DNA from: an archaeon
Lineage (GTDB): Archaea; Nanobdellota; Nanobdellia; Woesearchaeales; GW2011-AR9
Length of the DNA stretch: 48,705 nucleotides
Direction: 5' to 3'
NCBI GenBank assembly: GCA_023265925.1
Contig: JAHFSD010000004.1
Span: 1 to 48,705, forward strand
Below are positions 1-8,242 of the stretch, in pieces. Numbering within the stretch: position 1 is the stretch's first letter; every line of letters begins with the position of its first letter. The notes beneath the pieces were generated by a model. That model did not search any database. It saw only the letters and a program-made list of their open reading frames with translations, and was not told the origin of the DNA. Both the position numbers and the translations under genes were made by a program.

Positions 1-815
1 CGTTCCCACCTGATGGCCCATGCCCCGGCTGCCGCAATGGACCATGATGACAATCTGCCCAGCTTTGGTGATGCCCATCGCCTTGGCTGCAGGCCAGTCA
101 TAGACATTGCCTTCCTGCACTTCCTGAATCTCTAAATAATGGTTGCCGCTGCCTAACGTGCCCAGTTGATTGAAACCACGCATTACTGCTTTATCAGAAA
201 CTTTTTCCGGATTGGCCTGGGCAATTTTACCGTGATCTTCAATATGCTCGATATCGCTTGGCCAGGCATAGCCGTTTCGGACACACCATTGCGCGCCGTC
301 ACGCATGACTTCTTTGAATTGTTCTCTGGTAATTTTAACGAAGCCTTTGCAGCCAACTCCCGCAGGAACGGCTTTATAGAGTTCGTCAACTAGTTGTTTG
401 ATTTTTGGTTTGACTTCATCGATAGTAAGGTTAGTACTGATCAATCTCATGCCACAATTTATGTCAAACCCAATTCCCCCAGGAGAAATTACTCCACCTT
501 GTTCGGGATCAAATGCGGCCACTCCACCGATAGGAAATCCATAGCCCCAAATGTCTCCACTTAGCACGCAACTAAGTGAAAATGACCGTCGGGCATGCAA
601 TAAGCATACTTCTGGATTCCCGGAAGAGAAGCGACATTAGTGACCTGGTTAAAGACACCCTCATCCATCGATTGAATGAGTTCTTCGGTAGCAATGATTC
701 TTGCCGGAACCAGCATCCCTTGCTTGTATGATAGGGGTAATTCCCAGATCACGTCACTAATCTTCTTTAATTCTGGCGGAGGGCCAATTTTATGTTGTAC
801 TTGTTCTTGTTCCAT
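1..815 (-). CDS. rtcB: RNA-splicing ligase RtcB, split into exon 1 (582-815) and exon 2 (<1-549); runs off the window's left edge
   Basis: Exon 1 reads MEQEQ...NVASLPGIQKYAYCMPDGH. My translation of exon 2 from 549 down reads WGYGFPIGGVAAFDPEQGGVISPGGIGFDINCGMRL...QLGTLGSGNHYLEIQ...MVHCGSRGMGHQVGT, all hallmark RtcB motifs, open to position 1. SD-like GGAGGG lies upstream of the ATG. Confidence 0.96.
550..581 (-). other. Putative 32-nt bulge-helix-bulge (BHB)-type mRNA intron in rtcB
   Basis: mRNA: GAC-GGUC-AU^U-UUCACUUAG-UUGCGUG-CUAAGUGGA-GACA-UU^U-GGGGC. It has a 9-bp intron stem, a central helix GGUC/GACA (3 bp plus a G.A mismatch) and two 3-nt bulges. Cutting after the 2nd nt of each bulge joins CAU+UGG (His-Trp). 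The insert carries an in-frame TAA (561-563). Confidence 0.75.
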
Positions 816-999
816 AAATGATTCCCTCCTTGATTGTTAAACAGTAATATTGGGAACAGGTACTTGACTTCCAGGGCCCCAACAGTCTTGATCTTATATC
901 GTGCTCTTTTAAAGCTTTCTGTAGATTTATGAGATTTTCTCTTTTGATGGAAAGAAGCCCGCCGAAATCTTTTTATAGGAAGCTGATTTTGAGGGCACT

Positions 1000-1302
1000 A
1001 TGCCGCTGATTAAGATTGCCACGACCACTGAACTAAACCCCGGCCAGGGTAAGCCGGTAGTAGCCAATGGCAAACCTCTGGCTTTGTTCAATGTCGCTGG
1101 AACCTTCTTTTGCATCGACAATACCTGCTGTCATGTCGGCGGTCCGCTGGGAGAAGGCTCTTTGGAAGGAACAACTGTTGTCTGCCCCTGGCATGGCTGG
1201 GAGTTTAACGTGACCACCGGTGAATGCCTGATGCCGGGCGGAGCGAAAGTACAGTCCTATAAAGTAGAAGTACAGGGGAAAGATGTGCTGGTGGAAATTT
1301 AA
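1000..1302 (+). CDS. Rieske [2Fe-2S] ferredoxin (NirD/dioxygenase ferredoxin-like)
   Basis: Rieske boxes CCHVGGPL (CxH) and CPWHGWEF (CxxH). TTTTATA box at 971-977. Confidence 0.92.
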   Translation: MPLIKIATTTELNPGQGKPVVANGKPLALFNVAGTFFCIDNTCCHVGGPLGEGSLEGTTVVCPWHGWEFNVTTGECLMPGGAKVQSYKVEVQGKDVLVEI

Positions 1303-1413
1303 AATAAGGCATCCAATTCCCGAATTACTTTTTCATCTAACTCTATATCCCAAGGGTATGGCGCCCAGGCCGATGGCGGGAACTTTACGGCCGGCGAGGT
1401 GGCGGAGTTTCAT
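1299..1413 (-). pseudogene. Remnant of an aldo/keto reductase-like gene with a large internal deletion
   Basis: ATG at 1413 gives MKLRHLAGRKVPAIGLG (AKR-like N-terminus). A different frame from 1352 gives WDIELDEKVIRELDALF-stop (AKR-like C-terminus). Confidence 0.55.
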
Positions 1414-1591
1414 GATGACACACTTAAAAATCCAGTTATTTTTTCCATTAATCTTATTTCTCAGACCAACGGAAGACGCCTTTGGGAAGTTGATATCCTT
1501 TAATCTCCTCCAAAGTTATAAATATGTCGGTGATTTTCAATTCTTCGGGAAACTTTGTTCTCAGTTCATTGATGAAATTCCTGAGCTCATT

Positions 1592-1975
1592 TTAATCAAT
1601 AGAGATAACGCCTTTTTTGAAATCAAGCGTAACCTTAAACTTGTTCAGGAAGCTCAACCCGAGCAGTCCGTCAACATAACTTTTAGGAGGGAGATCATGA
1701 ACAATGGCGGTGACGTTCGTTGCTTCCTTCCCCAAGACTTTCACTGAAGGCAACAATACAACTGGTACAAATTCAACACCATTGGGAGTAACGGTTTCAA
1801 TCCGTTGAGAGGGAGATTCAGGATGTACATCGAGAGCACTGGCTATTCTCCAGGGGATGAGCAGATGCGTTGATCCTGTGTCTAAGGCCATCCGGGCGGT
1901 CTCAATGATTCTTCCTTTTAGTTCTACCTGTAAAACAATAATCGGTGCTTTGGAATCAAAATTAAGTTCGGCCAT
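1592..1975 (-). CDS. Retropepsin-like (clan AA) aspartic protease
   Basis: ALDTGST catalytic motif, GLLGLSFL motif, C-terminal VTLDF. Confidence 0.9.
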   Translation of the reverse strand: MAELNFDSKAPIIVLQVELKGRIIETARMALDTGSTHLLIPWRIASALDVHPESPSQRIETVTPNGVEFVPVVLLPSVKVLGKEATNVTAIVHDLPPKSYVDGLLGLSFLNKFKVTLDFKKGVISID

Positions 1976-2195
1976 AGAAAGCGACGGCGTAGCCTTTTTC
2001 TGGTATCTCGCCCGTGTACAGCGTCATGACATGCTGGTTTTCCCCGACGTGTTCAAGCTGCTCGTAAACGTCATCCCGATTTTTGCTGTGAATGATAACT
2101 CGCACTTCGATGGGTCGGTTCAAGGCGTCAGTCGTTACCACCTCAGCTAAGATCCATTCATCCCGATATTGTTCTTTGGCTTCTTCGATGTTCAT
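1962..2195 (-). CDS. DUF5678-like small protein, coupled to the downstream aspartic protease
   Basis: Pattern Y.DEW(I/V)...VI.HS..RD.VY. Overlaps the protease start. Confidence 0.7.
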   Translation of the reverse strand: MNIEEAKEQYRDEWILAEVVTTDALNRPIEVRVIIHSKNRDDVYEQLEHVGENQHVMTLYTGEIPEKGYAVAFYGRT

Positions 2196-2220
2196 TTTCT
2201 CTATAAAGGGGATGACCTAT

Positions 2221-3063
2221 TTAAATTTTTCCTGTCACTAATTCATAAAATTCATGCTTCCCATTAATCAACAACCTAACATCCGCCTTCACCTTCTCAT
2301 AACACAAATACGTAAACGGTAAATACGGCAGCACAAATCGTTCCACTTGCACTCGGGTCATCCCCCTTCCTGTCTTCTTCCGCAACTCCCGCTCCTGCTG
2401 CCATCGCCACTTCAGATGCAGCTCGCTGGAATCTGGTTTGAGCATAATCAAATAATCCACATAGTTCCAGAGTGGTTGATACTGTTTCAGGAATCCCAGC
2501 ACGACTTGATGGTGCCGAAAGGAAGGATCAATTTTTTGCAGAGGGATAAGATATTTCTGGCAGATTTTCAACAGCAACGGTGACGAAACCGGCTTAATTC
2601 CCAGACACCAGCCTTCAAATAAGACAAAATCCTGCCGGCCCCGGACCGGAATCGTTCGTGCCGCAATATCACCCTGGGCCTGCTGCAAACTTTTGTCAAA
2701 CACCGGCAAAGAACAGTCCTGTCCTGCTTTCAATTTTGCCAATACCTCTTTCAAATATTCCACCCGATGCGTCCCGGGCATCCCCCGGGAGATGTAGTAG
2801 AAAGGATTGTCAGGATATTTTTTCCTCAGCCTTTTTCTATATTCATTGGTTTCATAAAAATCATCGATCGAAAATGAAATTACGGAATACCCTCGTTCCC
2901 GTACCTTTTCTGCCAGGAAATTCCCCAGCGTCGTCTTGCCCGTTCCCGGCCCGCCCTGCAGCCCAATGATGGCAGTTTGGCCTTTTCGATACTGGTGTTC
3001 AATAGATTCCAGAAGCGGTAAGAGAATGGCCGTAACCTCTTGAGGAGCATAGGGAATTCTCAT
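2221..3063 (-). CDS. P-loop kinase of D-glycerate 3-kinase (GLYK/Tda10)-like type
   Basis: GGPGTGKTT Walker A, SIDDFY, RGMPGTH, PVFDKSL..AQGD, FEGWCLG, WRWQQE. Confidence 0.8.
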   Translation of the reverse strand: MRIPYAPQEVTAILLPLLESIEHQYRKGQTAIIGLQGGPGTGKTTLGNFLAEKVRERGYSVISFSIDDFYETNEYRKRLRKKYPDNPFYYISRGMPGTHRVEYLKEVLAKLKAGQDCSLPVFDKSLQQAQGDIAARTIPVRGRQDFVLFEGWCLGIKPVSSPLLLKICQKYLIPLQKIDPSFRHHQVVLGFLKQYQPLWNYVDYLIMLKPDSSELHLKWRWQQERELRKKTGRGMTRVQVERFVLPYLPFTYLCYEKVKADVRLLINGKHEFYELVTGKI

Positions 3064-3072
3064 TTTTACACC

Positions 3073-5508
3073 TTATCTGAAATACTTAAACCACCGGCCA
3101 TAGTACGGCAAGGATCCGCGGCGGAGCTTCCTTACTTTTCTTTTCCGGTCGAGATGCAGCACCAGCAGCAGCAGGGTAAAAACCAGCAGCGCCAATCCGA
3201 TCTTTACCACCGGCGGACTGGTCAATCTCAAGGGAGCAGGCACAATAACGCGTAGCGGCAGTTCCCGCTCATAGGCCTGCCCCTGGCCGGCGCTTTTGAG
3301 GACTACCTGGCCGTTAATAGTCCTGCTTCCCAATTCATCGGCGGTGGCAAAGGCTGTGACGAACGAATAAAGCTTTTCCCGCTGCTGCTGCCGGCGAACA
3401 AGGATAAACCGGTCTTTTTCACCCTGGCGGATGGTTTCAAACAAAGCCGGTTGCAGATCAACAATCTCCTGCAGTTCCGGGCTGACCTCCAGCTGCAGGG
3501 AAGCGATGTCACAATCCCCAGTATTTTCCAGTTCCCCGGCAAAGGAATTGCTCCCGATGAAGGAAATGCTGTCAGGAAGAGTGACTTCCACCACATAGGT
3601 ACAAGGTTGTTCAAACTCTGCGGACGGTCCCGGAGCAGCCGTGGGAGCAGGCGTTTCCAATACCGGCTGGACAGTTTCGGTAATGGAAGTTTCAATCGGA
3701 GGAATAGTTTCCGGAACTGCCTCTGAAACTAGCCGGGTTCTTCCACTACTACCGCCTCCATCAGAACTACTTGCACTACTGCTCTCCGTGGCAGCCGACG
3801 GTGCCTGTTCTCCATACAATCCGTATAAGCTGAGGTGATCGACAATGGCATAGACATAATTTCCCGTTGTATTGACTGTTGATGGCAAAGTTTGCCATTG
3901 CCCGCTACTTTCGTTATGATAATAAATCTTCAATGTATTTTCATCCACACCATCTCTCTGTAGCTCTTCATCGGTATAATAGAGGGTAATTTTTACTGAA
4001 GTAACATTTTTCACAGTCGTATTTATCTCCACCTGCTTACGGAGATCAATGGCCGGAGGAGTACTGTTGACTTTACTTTGATTATACTCTAAAATCGTTA
4101 CTGCCCCTTGGGCGTTGGGAGCAGTAAATTCTAACCAGGCCTTAGCTTTTTCTTTGGCGTCAATGAACCAGGTGGTAGAATTGAGGGCAAAGGACGAGTT
4201 CAATACTGCCTGAAAGGAGTTGGTACAGTTGTGTAAAGCACAGTAATTACAGGTAGTGGAAAGGTTTGCTGGCCTCGTTGCCAAATCTGATTCTAAGCCC
4301 GTAGCATCATAACAATTATTCTCGTCGGAAAACCAGCTGGTGAATCTACCCGCTGGACTACAGCTGGTATTAGCTGGATTCCACTGTGGCGTACAATAAT
4401 CGCAGGAAATGTACGTATTATTGTTGGTAGGGAGGTTGGTCGTTGTTTCACAATTGTTGGTATCAACATAAAATTGTAACTGGGTATTGTTGGACAGACA
4501 GGCGCCGTAACTAACATTCCACTGCTCGGTACAGGGCACCTGGGTAATGTAGGGAAGTTTCATCTGCTGGATGAGGGGAGTGGCCGTACCATTCGATTGC
4601 AGGGTGGCCTTGACACGAATTTTTGCGGTGGTAACAGAACTGAGGTTGCCATCGCTGGGCAGGGCCTGCCAGGAAGAACCGGAATTCACCGAGTACTGGT
4701 ATTGGATCTGCTGACCGTTCAATTGTTCCGCCGTGGCCAAAGTACCCCATTTCTTCAGGTTGGCGGGCTGAAGATCAGTTGTTTCCAGAGCAGCCGAAAC
4801 GGGGTACGTGGTGGTAGAGGTGGTCTCTTCCCTCGTGGTTTTATTATAGCCATTAACCATATCGATTTTAATCTTATTAGGAGAATCCAGGCCGAAGGTT
4901 GCTTTCGTGGAACTTATGCTGGAGAGCGTGATGTTAAACCATAAGCCAGTATCGTCATCATCATCATTCATCTGTGGCAAGGTTAATTCACCATACTCTG
5001 CTGAACTGCAGCCGCTGCTGTTGGTGCAGATGTAGACTTTCCCCTGCGAAGTGCTTCCTCCCAATATATACAGAGAGAGGACATCACCATTTTTCATTAC
5101 CTTTGCCAGCGTGATTTCCAGAACTTTTTTATCATCTTTCAATTCCACCTGGCCCTGCCCCTGGCTGGTTACTTTGCTGGTCTCATCCCTAGGAGCTTTA
5201 TTTGTTTCATAGACGGTAGCAGAACTGATTGTTATTTCACTGGTCTCGGTCCGCGTCGTTGTCGTCGTGGTAATAGTGGGAATTAATTTAGCTTCTCCTC
5301 CGCTGAGATTAATTTTACTGGTATCATACAGGTATTCTGCAGCATTCTGAAAATTCCAGACTTTTTCAGCAGAAAATTCGGGGTTGGCCAGGGAGCTATA
5401 GGCAAAGTAGCCCGTTGGCGATGAGGAAAGCTTCAGGGTGAGAAAAGCCAGGCTCGCTATAAGGATAAGAAGGAGGTACCAATACCATCGTGCCTCTTTT
5501 TGTGCCAT
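3073..5508 (-). CDS. Large Ser/Thr-rich membrane-anchored surface (S-layer/PGF-pre-PGF-like) glycoprotein; likely start MAQKEARW at 5508
   Basis: N-terminal TM, many NxS/T sequons, Cys-rich C..W repeats, DENTLKIYY...W...VDHLSLYGL surface domain, Ser/Gly linker, C-terminal TM with basic tail. TTTAAATA box at 5531-5538 on the minus strand supports the 5508 start. Confidence 0.8.
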   Translation of the reverse strand: MAQKEARWYWYLLLILIASLAFLTLKLSSSPTGYFAYSSLANPEFSAEKVWNFQNAAEYLYDTSKINLSGGEAKLIPTITTTTTTRTETSEITISSATVYETNKAPRDETSKVTSQGQGQVELKDDKKVLEITLAKVMKNGDVLSLYILGGSTSQGKVYICTNSSGCSSAEYGELTLPQMNDDDDDTGLWFNITLSSISSTKATFGLDSPNKIKIDMVNGYNKTTREETTSTTTYPVSAALETTDLQPANLKKWGTLATAEQLNGQQIQYQYSVNSGSSWQALPSDGNLSSVTTAKIRVKATLQSNGTATPLIQQMKLPYITQVPCTEQWNVSYGACLSNNTQLQFYVDTNNCETTTNLPTNNNTYISCDYCTPQWNPANTSCSPAGRFTSWFSDENNCYDATGLESDLATRPANLSTTCNYCALHNCTNSFQAVLNSSFALNSTTWFIDAKEKAKAWLEFTAPNAQGAVTILEYNQSKVNSTPPAIDLRKQVEINTTVKNVTSVKITLYYTDEELQRDGVDENTLKIYYHNESSGQWQTLPSTVNTTGNYVYAIVDHLSLYGLYGEQAPSAATESSSASSSDGGGSSGRTRLVSEAVPETIPPIETSITETVQPVLETPAPTAAPGPSAEFEQPCTYVVEVTLPDSISFIGSNSFAGELENTGDCDIASLQLEVSPELQEIVDLQPALFETIRQGEKDRFILVRRQQQREKLYSFVTAFATADELGSRTINGQVVLKSAGQGQAYERELPLRVIVPAPLRLTSPPVVKIGLALLVFTLLLLVLHLDRKRKVRKLRRGSLPYYGRWFKYFR

Positions 5509-5604
5509 AGCAGCGGGACGGGAAAAGGGGTATTTAAACTTTTGTGGTGTAACCTTGGTGTAGCCACCGCCAGTTTTAAATAGTACTGCTCTCACCATTT
5601 TTCC

Positions 5605-5745
5605 ATGGAAAAAAAGTGGCAGCTCTTTCTCTGTAGTGTCTTCTTTGTCTTGGGCTTTTCCGTCATCTTTTCCCTGGTTGGTGTGCTGCTGGCGGGAAAA
5701 CACCCATTGTTAAAGTCACAGCAAAAAGAGGCGGCTTGTGTGTAA
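5605..5745 (+). CDS. 46-aa single-TM peptide resembling a fragment of CcdA-type cytochrome c biogenesis protein (possible remnant)
   Basis: MEKKWQLFLCSVFFVLGFSVIFSLVGVLLAGKHPLLKSQQKEAACV, read manually. TTTTAAATA box at ~5574-5582. Confidence 0.45.
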   Translation: MEKKWQLFLCSVFFVLGFSVIFSLVGVLLAGKHPLLKSQQKEAACV

Positions 5746-5856
5746 CTTCAGCAATTAGCCCAGTTGGAACAGATGTGTTCTAAGTTATGCAGTTATCTAT
5801 ATATACTCTCCTTCCCAACTTTTCCAAGAGGTGTAAACTGATCAGAGCTAAACTCA

Positions 5857-6588
5857 CTACCCCAGCTTCTTTCCCAATACTCCAATAAAGCAGCGGAAAA
5901 AGAACGTTCTGCTGCCGACAATTTCCAGGCCGGCTTCCTGAAATAATTTCTTCAATCCCTGGCGGTCATAGGTCGTCCCATCCCAAGCACCCTTAAAACT
6001 GCTTTTCTTCAGCTTATAGATGGATAAGGGGCCGTAGGTGAACGGCACACCCACAAAAACATATTTTCCCGGTTTAGTCACCCGGGCCATTTCTTTCAGC
6101 GCATCGAGAGGATTCGGCAAATGCTCTAAAGTGCTGTTGTTGAAAGTGAGATCAAATTGGGCATCCGGAAAAGGCATCTTGAACATATCACCCTGAACCA
6201 AAACAGCCTTGCTGCCAAATTGTTGAGCCAACCGCAGTGGCTGAGACGTATAGTCAAGAGCATAGGAATTCATGCCCTTCTCAGCTAATAAGGCTGACAC
6301 GTAGGCTGACCCCCCTCCCGGCTCCAGAGTCGCCGAGCCGGACGTCAACCGTTTATTCAAATACCGCCGCAGCTGCAGGTTCATGATTTTGCGCAGCAGG
6401 TCCAGAACGTCATCATAGACCGGCACTCGTTTCCAGTAATGATCCCAGGTCTCAGTATTTTTATCCGGCACAAACTGATAGATGCCGTTGGTGACAGGAA
6501 ATTTTGTTTTACATTTCAGACAGGAAAGAGTGGTAGTGTCAACTTTAACCTTCGTGGTACATTGAGGGCAGGTAAAGGAATGGTTCAT
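5857..6588 (-). CDS. Class I SAM-dependent methyltransferase with N-terminal Zn-ribbon (CPQC...CLKC)
   Basis: LEPGGGSA motif I, QGDMFKMPFPDAQFD, LEHL, EMARVTKPG. Confidence 0.9.
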   Translation of the reverse strand: MNHSFTCPQCTTKVKVDTTTLSCLKCKTKFPVTNGIYQFVPDKNTETWDHYWKRVPVYDDVLDLLRKIMNLQLRRYLNKRLTSGSATLEPGGGSAYVSALLAEKGMNSYALDYTSQPLRLAQQFGSKAVLVQGDMFKMPFPDAQFDLTFNNSTLEHLPNPLDALKEMARVTKPGKYVFVGVPFTYGPLSIYKLKKSSFKGAWDGTTYDRQGLKKLFQEAGLEIVGSRTFFFRCFIGVLGKKLG

Positions 6589-6721
6589 GATGCTCTCACC
6601 TTGTTGAGCTATTCCTATTCATTTCCTGTTCATTTTTAAAGCTGTTTTTATAAACATTTCTTTTCTCTACAGTAGATTCGAAAGTAGTGCCGCCGGCCCC
6701 GCCCTTAACGAGTCTGCCGAG

Positions 6722-6868
6722 CTATAGTGGCGGACATAAATCATTGAACAATTATTCACCGCCACTATGCACAGAAGGCTTTGCCTTCTGGCATCCCAAA
6801 AATCAGGTCGCTGATTTTTGAGGATATTTAAAGGACACAACTATCTGATTAATTATGTGGGTCCTTTA
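6722..6868. repeat. Intergenic multi-hairpin element (MITE/REP-like or structured RNA)
   Basis: Stems: ATAGTGGCGG (6724-33)/CCGCCACTAT (6759-68); CAGAAGGC-TTT-GCCTTCTG; CAAAAATCAG-GTCG-CTGATTTTTG; TAAAGGAC (6829-36)/GTCCTTTA (6861-68). Confidence 0.6.
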
Positions 6869-6928
6869 TTATACGCGATTCATCAAACCTCGCCCGTCGT
6901 TATTTTCACCTCACGACATTCCACTTTT

Positions 6929-8170
6929 CTAATCACACGTCACCGTAACATAATCCAGGGTGAACGTTGCTGAAAAGTTTGTCGTTCCCCGGGCACGCAG
7001 CGGGGTGCTTTGGATAAGTTCTCCACAGGGGATTGTTCCTTTCTGGGCGCCATTCACCAGCAGACGTAATTGTCCTCCCTGTACTTCTGCCCGGATGGTA
7101 TTCCACTGGGTGAAATCGAGGCCGGCTATTGCCAGCGCATCCCCGCCCAAACAGCTAAAAGTAAATTGATATGGATTTAAGTCGTCAAACACGCCGGTAG
7201 AGATGTATCCTGGAAAATGGACAATAAATTCTTCATTGCTCCTGCTTAATTTCAATCGGTATTCCAGGCCCAGGGCCTGGCAGGGACCGAGGTTCTTGGT
7301 GCTGACAATACTGCTGGCCCCTGATAACTGCAGTCCTTCAGCCGTGATGGGTGCTGCGCCTTGCTCGACTTTCCAGCGGCAGGTGTTCAGTGAGGGTTCA
7401 TCAAAGGGATCATAAAAAGCACAGCTCGTTTCTTCACAATAGCGAGTAAAGCAATCCATTGCCACCCCTCCATCAGGATGATCACAGCAAGAACCATTAG
7501 AAATTCCATCCCACAGGCATCCTGGGCTGACGTCGTACTTTAGCTCCGCCAACGTTAAACCAGCGGCAACGGCAGTAATAACCCGGCACCAGAAGGTACA
7601 TTCATCCTTATTCAGGCAGGAGGTAAATCCCGCAAAGAAATCAGCGTCACAGGAAGGCGTTTGTTCACTCCAGAGACAGAGTGTTCCATCTGCTGATGAC
7701 TGCAGAAGTTTATCGTAGCAGAGATCATGAGCATAGCAGATTTCATTAAGACAATTGCCCGGAGAACCGTACTGGCGGCATTTATGATCGGCAACGGCAC
7801 CCTGGCCACAGTAGGAGGCCGATGATTTATACTCAGGGAAGAGGCTAACATTCTCACATGATGAACTGGTTTCCCGGAGCGCTTGTTGTATCGAAGAAAC
7901 AGGGAAGCATTCCAGTGCATTGACCATATATTTTGTCAGAAGCGTCAACCGCTGCTCATCTTCCCAGAGGCTGGAACGCACTTCATAGCCTTCTTTATTC
8001 ATTCTCTTTGCCGCCGTTTCAAAGGCATCCTGAAATTGCTCTTCAGTGTACGCGGTTTGTTCACACACCGGCAATTCTTTTTTAGTTCCGCCGCAGCCGG
8101 CAGAGTATGCCAATGTAACAGCGAGAGTGCTTCCTACTATTGCCCGCTGAAGCAATTCCACTAACCCCAT
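6929..8170 (-). CDS. Secreted/lipoprotein-like Cys-rich protein with a phospholipase A2-like domain and a C-terminal ConA/LamG-like beta-sandwich
   Basis: Signal ending in a lipobox-like AGC. YCGQG (Ca-loop-like), CLNEICYAHDLCYD (His-Asp dyad), CDADFF...C. C-terminus YDPF...WNTIRAEV...LLVNG...LDYVTV. Confidence 0.7.
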   Translation of the reverse strand: MGLVELLQRAIVGSTLAVTLAYSAGCGGTKKELPVCEQTAYTEEQFQDAFETAAKRMNKEGYEVRSSLWEDEQRLTLLTKYMVNALECFPVSSIQQALRETSSSCENVSLFPEYKSSASYCGQGAVADHKCRQYGSPGNCLNEICYAHDLCYDKLLQSSADGTLCLWSEQTPSCDADFFAGFTSCLNKDECTFWCRVITAVAAGLTLAELKYDVSPGCLWDGISNGSCCDHPDGGVAMDCFTRYCEETSCAFYDPFDEPSLNTCRWKVEQGAAPITAEGLQLSGASSIVSTKNLGPCQALGLEYRLKLSRSNEEFIVHFPGYISTGVFDDLNPYQFTFSCLGGDALAIAGLDFTQWNTIRAEVQGGQLRLLVNGAQKGTIPCGELIQSTPLRARGTTNFSATFTLDYVTVTCD

Positions 8171-8242
8171 GTTCTTCTGAGCGTAACCTTATTTAAAAAC
8201 CTTCTGGAAAAGAATTTAAACTCCGGTTTTCTTCTTACCATT

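Noticed and set aside
440-470. Intein at the usual RtcB DIN/C insertion site
   Set aside because: GFDINCGMRL is contiguous; there is no intein.
561-815. 84-aa ORF as a complete protein, or rtcB as a plain pseudogene or stop-readthrough case
   Set aside because: The downstream half is fully open with intact motifs. The 32-nt insert shifts the frame, so readthrough of TAA cannot restore it. An intron explains it better, although a pseudogene is not excluded.
816-900. Structured leader or second BHB upstream of rtcB
   Set aside because: Only a 7-bp UGUUGGG/CCCAAUA pairing; no convincing BHB geometry or ORF.
1283-1747. 154-aa plus-strand ORF
   Set aside because: It is antisense to the protease and the AKR remnant, with no protein-like motifs.
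5509-5703. N-terminal extension of the 876-aa ORF
   Set aside because: It spans the TATA box and the opposite-strand micro-ORF. The signal/TM begins after Met at 5508.
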